A stretch of 38,175 bases of DNA from Octopus sinensis. Taxonomy: Eukaryota. The notes beneath the pieces were generated by a model. It ran no database searches. It was not told where the DNA came from and was given only the letters and a program-made list of their open reading frames with translations. The position numbers and the translations under genes were made by a program. Each line of letters starts with the position of its first letter. The stretch's first letter is position 1. Location: assembly GCF_006345805.1 (NCBI RefSeq), contig NW_021835832.1:1-38175 (forward strand). The letters are read 5' to 3'. Below, one piece after another: positions 10,315-22,214 of this stretch.

Positions 10315-10599
10315 TGTAATTACACTATTAGATAATGAATATCTTGAACTGAAGGTCAGCGAATATTGAACTTCTTCAACATGGAAATATCAGCCATTTA
10401 CAAAATTAAATAACCAATTACGTTAAATTAGCATGCTTTTATAATTGGAAATTATTGAGTTTTAATAATTAGTTAGTATTTGTAGTTTAGCTTTAATTTT
10501 GGAAGACACTGCTACACATTGCGGAACGCGTTTGATAAATACATAGTTACACATACATAAACATATATTTATATATTCGTTCATGCACATGGGAATATA

Positions 10600-10616
10600 T
10601 AAAGTAGTATATATAT

Positions 10617-10678
<62 letters not shown>

Positions 10679-10692
10679 ATATTGTATATATG

Positions 10693-10768
<76 letters not shown>

Positions 10769-10775
10769 ATATATA
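10600..10775. repeat. (TA)n microsatellite
   Basis: Read directly from the sequence. Confidence 0.97.
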
Positions 10776-10779
10776 TAAT

Positions 10780-11100
10780 GGAGTACTCCGTCAATTACGA
10801 CGACGAGTGTCCCAACTGATACGATCAATGGAACAGCTTGCTCGTGAAATTAACGTGCAAGTGGCTGAGCACTCAACAAACAGGTGTACTCTTAACGTAG
10901 TTCTTGGGGAGATTTAGGGTGACACAGAGTGTGACAAGGCTGGCCCTTTGAAATACAGGTACTACTCATTTTTGTTAGCTGAGTGGACTGGAGCAACGTG
11001 AAATAAAGTGTCTTGATCAAGGACACAACGTGTCACCGGGAATTGAACTCACGACCTTACGATCATGAGCCGAATGCCCCTAACCACTAAGCCATGCGCC
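10780..11100 (-). mobile_element. SINE family B, full length
   Basis: Head GGCGCATGGCTTAGTGG...GAGTTCAATTCCC, body CTCCAGTCCACTCAGC..AAAAATGAGTA, then GTACCTGTATTTCAAAGGGCCAGC... It is homologous to 23456-23776 and 25375-25650. Confidence 0.9.
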
Positions 11101-11104
11101 TTTA

Positions 11105-11550
<446 letters not shown>

Positions 11551-11595
11551 GCCTTTCTATGTATGTTTCTGTTTGTGTATGCGTGTGTGTACATG

Positions 11596-12061
11596 TACTC
11601 TTTACTCTTTACTCTTTTACTTGTCTCAGTCATTTGACTGCGGCCATGCTGGAGTACCGCCTTTAGTCGAGCAAATCGACCCCGGTACTTATTCTTTGTA
11701 AGCCCAGTACTTATTCTATCGGTCTATTTTGCCGAACCGCTAAGTGACGAGGACGTAAACACACCAGCATCGGTTGTCAAGCAATGCTAGGGGGACAAAG
11801 ACAGACACACAAACACATACACACACACACACATATATATATATATACATATATACGACAGGCTTCTTTCAGTTTCCGTCTACCAAATCCACTCACAAGG
11901 CATTGGTCGGCCCGGGGCTATAGCAGAAGACACTTGCCCAAGATGCCACGTACTGGAACTGAACCCGGAAACATGTGGTTGGTTAGCAAGCTACTTACAA
12001 CACAGCCTACCTACCTAGCTACCTACTTACCTACTAATCTATTTGACTGCCACTCCTGCGC
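11596..12061 (-). mobile_element. SINE family A, full length, head interrupted by a (CCTA)-rich insert
   Basis: Near-identical to 1346-1742; about 44 extra nt lie between CACAGC and CACTCCTGCGC. Confidence 0.9.
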
Positions 12062-12074
12062 TTATATATCTACC

Positions 12075-12406
12075 AATCGACCCCAGGACTTATTCTCTGT
12101 AAGCCTAGTACTTATTCTATCGGCCTCTTTTGCCGAACCGCTAAGTTACGGGGACGTAAACACACCAGCATCGGTTGTCAAGCGATGTTAGGGGACAAAC
12201 ACAGACACACAAACATATACATACATATACAGATATATATACGACGGGCTTTGTTTTCAGCTACCGTCTACCAAATCCACTCATAAGGCTTTGGTCGGCC
12301 CGAGGCTATAGTAGAAGACACTTGCCTAAGGTGCCACGCAGTGGGACTGAACCCGGAACCATATGGTTGGTAAGCAAGCTAATTACCATACAGCCACTCC
12401 CACGCC
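12075..12406 (-). mobile_element. SINE family A, tandem second copy lacking its tail
   Basis: Runs from AATCGACCCCAGGACTTATTC to CAGCCACTCCCACGCC. Confidence 0.9.
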
Positions 12407-12901
12407 TACACACATCCACTCCTACACCGTGTGTGCATTTTTACGTAGATATCCTTGTTTATGTACATCGTGTATATTGTTTACAAATGAATAGTTATCT
12501 CTTTACTGTTATTCGAATTCTTCCCCGAAAAAAAAGACAACAAACTGGTTTCTAACAAAAGAAACAGAGGCTCCATAACCGGAATTTCGATAACAGAAGC
12601 AATCTGTTTCAAGCTGAACTTTACAAAAAGGTCCTGCATACTTTTGGTGTTGCACTTCCAGTATTTTCTAAAGACGCCATTGTTCGTTGGTCTCTTTTAG
12701 GCCTAAGCCCCCTCAGATTTTTCAGACTGACACGTTGGCATTTGCTAATATAAGCAACTGGTACAGTAATTATTGGTGTAAATGGGAATCTATTAAACTG
12801 GGTGACTTACGCTGGAGGTTCCGAAAACAATTCGTTGTGAATATTCGCCTTTTAAGAGATTTTGAAACAAATGTTAATAATATCTCTTAAACAAATTATG
12901 C

Positions 12902-12975
<74 letters not shown>

Positions 12976-13072
12976 ATATATATATATATATACTGAGCGC
13001 CATACTAATACAATTGTTCGTTTGTTTTCCACCTGCCTTCGTCTTTTGTTTATTTTCATAAAGCTTCCCGTA

Positions 13073-13106
<34 letters not shown>

Positions 13107-13124
13107 CACATATATATATATATA

Positions 13125-13203
<79 letters not shown>

Positions 13204-13310
13204 CATAATTTGCTGCCATCATCTCTGCTTCTTCCTTCTTTGTTACCTATTTAATTAAAGACATACCAGCGTAAACCACAGGTTTCCCATGGTTATATTC
13301 ATTTCTTCTC

Positions 13311-13360
<50 letters not shown>

Positions 13361-13380
13361 ACATATATATATATATATAT

Positions 13381-13430
<50 letters not shown>

Positions 13431-13560
13431 TACATATATATATATACACATCTGTGTATGTGTATATGTGTTTGTGTGAACATATGTGTGCGTGCACGCG
13501 CCTCCGTGTGTGTGTGTGTGTATGTGCGTGTGCGTGTGTATGTGCTTGTGTCTGTTTGTG
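12902..13560. repeat. (TCTA)n, (TA)n and (GT)n microsatellite cluster
   Basis: Read directly from the sequence. Confidence 0.93.
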
Positions 13561-14013
13561 TATTTAGATGCCTTGCTTTTGTTGAAAGATTTCCTCGATG
13601 TTTACAAACGAGCAGCAACACATCATGGCTGACGTAGAACAGCAGGTGATGTAGATGCATTAGGCCGGTGTATACACACACACATACATTCACACAAACA
13701 CACTCACACACACACTAACATAAGACACAAACATACACTCCTACACACACACTAACAAATTCACATACGTCTATATATGTATCTGTGTTTGTGTGTTGAG
13801 GCACAGGCTATCTTTCAGATATGTATTTAAAAACACATATGTTTTGCTCTTATGTTGATTCCTCTTCTGTTTTTTCCTATTTTCCTGAGTTCCAGAAACA
13901 TTTCATGATTGATTTAGACATTTCTCCCTCTGAGAAACAACACATAACAAAGTTCATGCGAAAATATGGACAAAGATGTTTGATAAAAATAGATAAAAAT
14001 AGATCATCACATA

Positions 14014-14441
14014 GGCGCAGGAGTGGCTGTGTGGTAAGTAGCTTGCTTACCAACCACATGGTTCAGGGTTCAGTTCCACTGCGTGGCACCTTGGGCGAGT
14101 GTCTTCTACTATAGCCTCGGACCGACCAAAGCTTTGTGAGTGGATTTTTAGACGGAAACTGAAAGAAGCTCGTCGTATATATATATATATATGTATATAT
14201 ATACATATATAATATATGTATATGTTTGTGTGTCTGTGTTTGTTCCCCGAACATCACTTGACAACAGATGCTGGTGTGTTTACATCCTCGTATTGTAGCA
14301 GTTCGGCAAAAGAGACCTGTAGAATAAGTACTAGGCTTACAAAGAATAAGTCATGGGATTGATTTGTTCGACTAAAGGCGGTGTCTCAGCATGGCCGCAG
14401 TCAAATGACTGAAACAAGTAAAAGAGTAAAAAGAGTAAAGA
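14014..14441 (+). mobile_element. SINE family A, full length, plus orientation
   Basis: Runs from GGCGCAGGAGTGGCTGTGTGGTAAGT to GTCAAATGACTGAAACAAGTAAAAGAGTAAAAAGAGTAAAG. Confidence 0.92.
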
Positions 14442-14444
14442 CTA

Positions 14445-14952
14445 TATATATATATATATAGTATATATATATATATATATATGTATACTTGTATATTGTA
14501 AAGTGTGTTTGTGTAAATATATATATGTATATATGTGATATATGTAATATGTATCTGCATGAGCATATATACATACATCTATATATATGTGTGTGTGTGT
14601 ATATATATATATGTTGCATGTGCAACCAAAAACGTGCACACAAACACACACACAGTCACGCAGCCTTCCGTGTAACATACATATTATAAATAGTTACTGC
14701 GTCCAAAGATAAACATGTCTCCTATGGATATGCTCTGTTTAAAAATACGATATATGCCGGATAGAAGTGAAAGTCGTCTCAGCACGTAGGGAAGAAATTT
14801 CGCATATTAAATGAAGTACTTAATAATTCATGTAAAAGAGATAAATATATATATTTGTATATATGTGTAAGCCTCTCTCTCTTTCTCTCTCTCTCTTTCT
14901 CTCCACACACACACAAACACTCACGTACACACACATATGGACACAGTGTGTG

Positions 14953-14984
<32 letters not shown>

Positions 14985-15170
14985 GAAAGGATTACTCATA
15001 TATACAAACACACACATATAAACACACACACACACATAAACACACACACACACATATAAACACACACACATATAAACACACACACATAAACACACACACA
15101 CATATAAACACACACACAGACACAAACACTCACGTACATACACGCCCCCACCACATAGATATATAGATAT
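14445..15170. repeat. TA/CA/GA low-complexity field
   Basis: Read directly, with a short unique stretch at about 14690-14830. Confidence 0.85.
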
Positions 15171-15179
15171 GACATATGA

Positions 15180-15438
15180 ATCGTTTAGCTTTTGCCGAGC
15201 GACCTGCACAATTGATTTGTCTATAGAGATCAGACGCATGCGCTCTACATCATCATCTCCCTCTCTCCCTCCCTCTCTCCATCAAATCGATGCTGCTTGG
15301 ACAGGTGCATGGTCTACCACGCGTCAGGTGCCGAAACGATTGCAAAGCAACATGAGATGAAGTGCTTTGCTCACGAACACTACACACCACCCGGTCTAGG
15401 ATTTGAAACCACGGTCTAGCAATCGTGAGTACAATACC
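15180..15438 (-). mobile_element. SINE family B-like, diverged, with a different 3' module
   Basis: Head GCGCATTGCCTTGTGATTAGGG...GTGGTTTCAAATCC and body GTGAGCAAAGCACTTCATCTCATGTTGCTT. Confidence 0.6.
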
Positions 15439-15464
15439 CTAATCACAAGGCAATGCGCTTTCGT

Positions 15465-15600
15465 ATACATACATACATACATACATACATACATACATAC
15501 ATACATACTTAAATACGTACATATATACATACATACATACATACATACATACATACATACATACATACATACATACATACATTCATACATACATATATAT
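15465..15600. repeat. (TACA)n microsatellite
   Basis: Read directly from the sequence. Confidence 0.97.
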
Positions 15601-15602
15601 AT

Positions 15603-15811
15603 ATTCTTTTACTTGATTCAGTCATTTGACTGCGGCCGTGCTGGAGCAGCGCCTTTAGTCGAACAAATCAACCCCATGACTTATTCTTTGTGAGCCTAGT
15701 ACTTATTTTATCGGTGTCTTTTACCGAACCGCTAGATAATGGGGACGTAAGCACACCAGCGTCCGGTTGTCAAGCGATGTTGGGCGGACAAACACAGACA
15801 CACAAACGTAT

Positions 15812-15870
<59 letters not shown>

Positions 15871-15992
15871 CGACGGACATCTTTCAGTTTCCGTCTACCA
15901 AATCCACTCACAAGGTTTTGGTCGGCCCGAGGCTATAATACAAGACACACTTGGTCAAGGTGCCACGCAGTGGGACTTAACCCGGAACCACA
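15603..15992 (-). mobile_element. SINE family A, 5' head truncated
   Basis: Runs from GTCATTTGACTGCGGCCGTGCTGGAG to CCACGCAGTGGGACTTAACCCGGAACCAC. Confidence 0.9.
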
Positions 15993-16292
15993 TAGACGAA
16001 ACAGAATTAGCATAATTAGAAGAAGATGATGTGGGAGAATATGGTCCTTAATATTCTCTTTCTGTTTCTTCCTTTATTCCCTCATCGCCAGCCTTCACAT
16101 TTGAATACATGCTCATGTATGCTTCCATGGACACATAAGCATGCGCAAGGTTAAATATGTGTGTAACTGTTTGGTCGCGTGTATGCGTGGCAGTATGGCA
16201 GTTCTTGCACGTGTGTGCGTGTGTATGTGTGTGTGTGTGTGTGTGCTCAAACATACAGAGAAATAATTTCACAACCTGAGAGCATATCTCAC

Positions 16293-16339
16293 CAATAGCA
16301 GGATACAAGACCTCTGCACCGTAAATAATAACCAATGAA
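16293..16339 (-). CDS. Candidate 47-nt internal exon (unverified)
   Basis: Preceded on the minus strand by TTTTTTTTTTTTCATTTCTTATAG and followed by GTGAGA; open in all three frames. Splice signals are the only support. Confidence 0.35.
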
Positions 16340-16974
16340 CTATAAGAAATGAAAAAAAAAAAAGCAAAAGGAAAACAGTTTGCAAAAAAGCTAGACAGAA
16401 TAAATGAGAGCTGAAATCAGGCGACGTGAAGAGGACATCGATGATACTGTCACTAGTAACCAACGAACCATTGCAAAATAAAATCAGAAATGAAGAAGAT
16501 AAATTCGATTTTAAGCAAGAATAAACAAATACACAGAATATAAAACAAATCAACTGTGACCGAAAACATTAGGTTATCAGAAGTAAAACAGCGATTGCAT
16601 CCCAATATACGATAAAATTCAAAGCCGCATGAAAATAAAGAATGGTACAACTGATTAATGAATATATAATACTTTCATCGGTTGGGTAAAAGATTCGACG
16701 GAAATCTTAGTCACGTACTAAAATAAATAGAACAAAATAATATCGACGACTAGCCAACTTGAACGACATACAGACAACGACCCAAAAAAACAACAGAACA
16801 AATAGCAAAATAATATTTCAAAAACATTCTAAGACAGCGGCTAAAGAAGGAAAAAAAAGAACCTATTGCATTGTGAGTACAATGGGTACATGTAGAAAGA
16901 CCAACAGTTCTCGAGTGAACATCGCGCTGGCATGAAACTAAAGTCGTGAGGTTTTTTAAAAATTGTTTTCTATA

Positions 16975-17197
16975 TCACGTGATCATTTGATCGACCAGAC
17001 TATCGGATGGTTAGGCATGCAGGCAAGCATTCCCTCTGTTCGAAACGCTAATCTGTCGCAGGATTACCCATTTACAGGTGAATGGAGCAACGAAAAGTGA
17101 AGTGTTTTGCACAAGAACTCAGCACATGCTCGGTCCAGGAATTGAACCTACGATCTAGCAATCGATAGTGCAACACCTTAACCACAAGGCCACGCCC
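16975..17197 (-). mobile_element. SINE family B-like, diverged
   Basis: Head GGGCGTGGCCTTGTGGTTAAGG...GTAGGTTCAATTCC and body CTTGTGCAAAACACTTCAC. Confidence 0.6.
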
Positions 17198-17479
17198 CGT
17201 CATATTTTCTATATAAGTAACATAAATGTGAGAGCAAGAAAGTGGTAACAGTAAACTTATTAATCGACATTAGTAGACAATTTGTATTTATTTTATGGAA
17301 CTCCAAATGGCTGAAGGATAAAGTGGGACTGAACTGAATAAATCAATTCATCTACTGTATTTCATAACGGTTGAGGCTCATTGTTCAGTAACACCCGTTT
17401 ATTATATTTAACCATTCTGTATTTATTGAATAATGGATTACAGCATAACAGGAACATCTTGGGTAAAACATGCGGAGAA

Positions 17480-17519
<40 letters not shown>

Positions 17520-17788
17520 TAATAATAATAATAATGATAAAAAAAAAATAATAATAATAATAATCCTTCCTACTATAGGCACAAGATCCGGAATTTTGGG
17601 GGAGGGGACTAGTCGATTACATCGACCCCACTGTTCCACTGGTACTTAATTTATCGACCCTGAAAGGATGAAAAGGCAAAGTCGACCTCGGCGGAATTTG
17701 AACTCAGAACGTAACAGCAGACGTAATACTGCTAACCATTTCGCCTGCCCGACATGCTAACGATTCTGTCAATTCGCCGCCTTAACTA

Positions 17789-17841
<53 letters not shown>

Positions 17842-17842
17842 T
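17480..17842. repeat. (AAT)n arrays flanking a family E SINE
   Basis: (AAT)n at about 17480-17562 and 17790-17842. Confidence 0.93.
17561..17783 (-). mobile_element. SINE family E, best-preserved copy
   Basis: Minus strand: AAGGCGGCGAATTGACAGAATCG...TTCTGAGTTCAAATTCCGCCGAGGTCGACTTTGCCTTTTCATCCTTTCAGGGTCGATAAATTAAGTACCAG...GTGCCTATAGTAGGAAGGATT. The central block resembles the Meta/MESC-type SINE domain (from memory). Confidence 0.9.
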
Positions 17843-17944
17843 TCATTTATTTTCCACAAGGCCGAAGGATGAGGGGGACAATACAAATACAGATATAAAG
17901 AGTGGGGGTGGTTACATATAAGAATGAAATGATAAAAAAATTAA

Positions 17945-18168
17945 GTATACACGTCTTACAAATATAAATATAACATACAGAAAATTGTACTATTAGTCAC
18001 CGCATACATCCTACGTAAAACACTTTCAATACATTGAAAATAAGAGCACCACAACAAACTACAGCACATACCCAAGGCACACAGAGCTGCGCTCGGTAGT
18101 GCAGTGAAAGCACGTGATGAAAATAAGACTGCTGAATAATGATGATGATGATGATGATGACGATGATA
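17945..18168 (+). mobile_element. 5'-truncated R4/Dong-clade retrotransposon (ORF C-terminus plus 3' UTR)
   Basis: 17972-18037 translates as NIQKIVLLVTAYILRKTLSIH*, matching the QKxxxLGTAxIxRKxL end of R4/Dong-type RLE elements. About 100 nt of UTR and an AAT/(GAT)n tail follow. Confidence 0.75.
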
Positions 18169-18576
18169 GAGGTTTACCTCCTTGACACGGTCAGAATAAT
18201 CAGGTAAGTACTAGAGAGTTGATAAGAAAATATAGCATGGTACCGTAGGCTGCAGGCAACAAGCCCGTTACGCATGCAAGACTATAGGAGTTACAACAAA
18301 ACCTGAGATAAAAAGAAAAGCAACAACAACAACAACATCAGCATCAACAACAACAATGAGAGAGAGAGAGAGAGAGAAAAAAGCAGCTCAGTTGCAGCAG
18401 AAAAATACTGTATAAAGTTACAAATGAAAATATTGATACATCCGTTATTAGTACAAAATAGAGAGAGTCATTGACAGTGAAGATTTCCATGAAAGTCCTC
18501 ATAAAATACGACATGAGAAAACCAAAAATATATCTTAGCTGTAACAGTAAACATTTTCCAGCAACTTGTTTACGTG

Positions 18577-18976
18577 TATCTTTACTCTTTTACTTGTTTC
18601 AGTCATTTGACTGCGGCCATGCTAGAGCACCGCCTTTAGTCGAGGAAATCGACCCCAAGACTTATTCATTGTAAGCCTAGTTCTTATTTCATCGGTCTCT
18701 TTTGCCGAACCGCTAAGTTACATGGACGTAAACACACCAGCATCGGTTGTCAAGCGGCGTTGGGGGGGGAACAAACACAGACAGACATACACACACACAT
18801 ATATATATATATACGACGGGCTTCTTTCAGTTTCCGTCTACCGAATCCACTCGCAAGTCATTGGTCAGCCCGAGGCTATAGTAGAAGACACTTGCCCAAG
18901 GTGCCACGCTGTGGGACTGAACCCGGAACCATGTGGTTGATAAGCAAGCTACTTACCACACAGCCACTCCTGCGCC
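18577..18976 (-). mobile_element. SINE family A, full length
   Basis: Near-identical to 1346-1742. Confidence 0.92.
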
Positions 18977-19261
18977 TATGTACAAAATGTACATTGTACA
19001 TAATGCAAGTATATCAGACATGAAATACAGTGATTTACAGCGCAAACATACCAACAGCTGTAAAACGTTACAAATGACAATAGAATCAGTAACTTATATA
19101 TAATGCAACAAACTAGCAGAGTAGTATATTATAAGCAAAAATCAAAACATAATACAGTGTTTAAATTTTATCAAAGCGTTGAAATCCGTCAGCATCATCG
19201 CTTCTAAAGTCAGTTAAAACGTCGTCTCCTCGCTAATCCAAGTAGCAATATCTTCAAATAA

Positions 19262-19440
19262 CTCTTTCTACTATTGGCACAAGACCTGAAACTTTGTGGA
19301 GGTTGGGATAGGTGGTCTAGTCGGTAACATTGTCCCCGGTGCTCAACTGGTTCCTCTTTCCTCGCCATCGAAAAAATAAAAGGCAAAGGGAATTCCGGCG
19401 AAATTTGAATTCTGAATATAAAGCCGGGAGAAATATTGGA
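19262..19440 (-). mobile_element. SINE family E, diverged
   Basis: CTTTCTACTATTGGCACAAGACCTGAAA tail and GGCGAAATTTGAATTCTGAA B-box region. Confidence 0.65.
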
Positions 19441-19561
19441 GTAAAGAAACCGTTATAGATGGATGCACAGAGAAGATATAAATTAATTATATTTTCACAT
19501 ATGCAAGAGTTTATTTCTACTTTTTCTTTCCATCTGTAGTTTAAAGCTATATATTCGTTCT

Positions 19562-19826
19562 ATAAAAAAAATAATAAACGCGCCCTTTTAAAGCCTAGCC
19601 AGGCTCATGGGCCCGGTTTCCCAGTTTCAATGGCGTATGTGTTCCCCAGCTGGACGGGGCGCCAGTCCATCGCAGCGTTACTCATTTTTGCCAGCTGAGT
19701 GGACTGGAACAATGTGAAATGAAGTATTTTGCTCAAGAACACAACTCGTCGCCCGGTCCAGAAATCGAAACTACAATCTTACGATCATGATGCTGACACC
19801 CTAACCACTAACCCACGCGCCTCCAC
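19562..19826 (-). mobile_element. Hybrid SINE (family B head/body plus family C 3' module) with a 13-bp TSD
   Basis: ATATATTCGTTCT at 19549-19561 and 19827-19839. The B-type TTCCAGTCCACTCAGCTGGCAAAAATGAGTA is joined to the C-type ACGCTGCGATGGACTGGCGCCCCGTCCAGCTGG. Confidence 0.9.
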
Positions 19827-19926
19827 ATATATTCGTTCTCTAGAAGTGGCATAATTATAGCATTAATAGTTCTAAATACTACGAAGCCAACGCGTTAGTG
19901 TGCTATACATATGATCAGACCTTGTG

Positions 19927-20200
19927 TTATATAAGCCAATAATTCGTACGTTATATAAACCAGTAGCTCATATACACAACAACAGTTAATAATATAAACC
20001 ACCTCTTCATATGTTATATAAATCAGCAGTTCATATGATATATAAATAATCAGCAGTTCATATGATATATAAATAATCAGCCCATCTGTTATATAAACCA
20101 GCAATTCACCTGCTATATAAATCAGCAAAACCAGCATCCCTTCTGCTTTATAAAGTAGCAGTCCTTCTATTCTAAACCTGCAGTTGTTATCGTATAAACT
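19927..20200. repeat. Degenerate ~24-bp minisatellite, consensus close to TTATATAAAYCAGCAGTTCATATG
   Basis: About 8-10 imperfect units; on the minus strand it translates as repeated ELLxYITY. Confidence 0.8.
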
Positions 20201-20574
20201 AATATCAATGTTCGTTAAATGATTGGAGAACGTGAATGACAGTTCTGCTTTTTAAAGCGTCACGTAAAAGGAAATAAAATAGACACAGTTATTATGGAAA
20301 ACTGCGGAAATAATTTACTGCTTTAGGTATCAGTTCGCTTAAATACGTGTCTTGTATTGAGACTATCAGAAAATGAAGTTTCTTTCGCTGTAAAGATTCT
20401 AATTTTGTTGCAATAAATAACGAAGCATGTCTAACTATCAATGTGTTTGCTGCAGAACTGTCTTGTGGTTGTAGTTACTTTGAAGGTTGCAAAATGGCTT
20501 CAGGCAAAAGCTGCAAACAGCACGTGACCGAAAGCTGTGGTTTCATTCGTGTATCAGAGTTTGTGTAACATGCT

Positions 20575-21160
20575 TTTATGCTCTTATGTGTTTCAGTCAT
20601 TAGACTGCAGCCATGCTGGAGCACCACTTTGTAGACTTTTAGTCGAACGAGTCGACCCCCAGGACTCATTTTTTAAAGCCTGCTACTTGTTTTAAAGGGT
20701 TTTTTTTTTTTTGTAAACAACACCGATTGTTGAGCGATGGTGGAGAACAAACACACTCACACATACGCAATCAAACACATACAAACTTACAGACACACTC
20801 ACAAACACACGAACAAATAAACACACACCCGCACGCATACACAAGCACACAGACAAACACACAAGCACACAAGCACACAAACACACGCACAAACAAAAAC
20901 ACGCACACAAAGACACATACAAACAAACAGACACCCGCACGCACACACACACAGAAACAGACGCACACACATAAACAAAAACACACACACAAACGTATAC
21001 AAACACAAACACATATATATGTATCTACGACGAGCTTCTTTCACTTTCTGTCTACCAAATCCACTCACAAGTCTTGGTACATCCGATGCTTACCTAAGGT
21101 ATCATTATCCAAGTAGGTCTGAAACCGCAACCATGTGGCTAGTCGCGCCGGCACCCATGC
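20575..21160 (-). mobile_element. SINE family A, diverged, with expanded internal CA tract
   Basis: GTCATTAGACTGCAGCCATGCTGGAGCACC...CTTTCTGTCTACCAAATCCACTCACAAG...AACCATGTGG; internal repeat of about 280 nt. Confidence 0.75.
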
Positions 21161-22214
21161 GAAAGATGCTTTAATTTTGTACAAAAATCAAGAAAAAGCG
21201 AAAGAAAGTAAAGGGAAAGATGTATAGCGGGTGTAATTTGAATCAAGCTGTCGTAGCGTAGTTATAAAGTGGGTTTTATGGCTATTGGGCTTTAATGATT
21301 GCTATAAGGCTGGGGATGTGAAGTGAGTCGGATTTGTTGTTGCGTATCTGATCGATAAGTGAGCAACATCGCTGGATTACTATCGAACATAACACTGCTG
21401 TGGGAGCTGAATAGTCTTATATATCGTATATATATATGACAGATATGTGGGTCAAATTGCTAAATTGGTGTCATATATGTGTTACGATATAGAAAATAGA
21501 AATCTGTTTGAAATTCTTAATAAAATATATTTATTTTTATCGTAAATAAAGATGTAGCTACCAACAACAAACACCGAGATAGAGCGAAGCTTATTGTTCT
21601 TGGACTAGGTATTATTGAATTTGCGTTCATGACCTTCTCGATGTTAGCTGTTCATTGCGTGTTGCCGCCCCCGCTGTCGATTGTCTTCGTGTTGTAACAG
21701 CACTCTGGCCCGCTGCAAGTTCTATTGTCTGCTGGTTGCTATCACCTGTGCTCAGTCCGATGTCTGCCGCCCGTTGTCTGTTCTCAGTGGCTAAAAAGCG
21801 CTGAATATATAGTAATGGTCTTGGTTCGATAAACGCACCCCAAATACGAAATTGTTGTTAGATCCGGTTCCACACAGTCTTGAATGGTTGGGTTGTTTTG
21901 ATGACGTTGGAAATATGTTAACGAATCATGATCGATTTCTTGAGTTACTGTTTTTTTGTTTTTGTTTTCTTTTGCCTCGAATATTGGTATCCGGGTTCGA
22001 TTTCTAAGTTTTGCAATTGTTAAATTTTCCTGTTACACATGCAACAGTTTTAAAAACTCAGTTGTTAGATTGTTAGCGAATGTGTGACAAATATATGAGC
22101 TAAACAGCTAGATTGCTGTCGTATATGTAACAGATATGTAAGTTGCATTGCTAGTAATTAAAAATACCCAAATTGTATCATGGCTCACTCTACGGGACTT
22201 TCTGCAAGTCAGTC

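Noticed and set aside
11040-11100. tRNA-like heads here and at other SINE 5' ends
   Set aside because: A and B boxes are present, but there is no complete cloverleaf and each continues into a SINE body; these are not tRNA genes.
18178-18302. 125-nt version of the 18302 exon using the stronger GAG|GTAAAC donor
   Set aside because: All three frames contain stops, so it cannot be an internal coding exon; a non-coding exon is not excluded.
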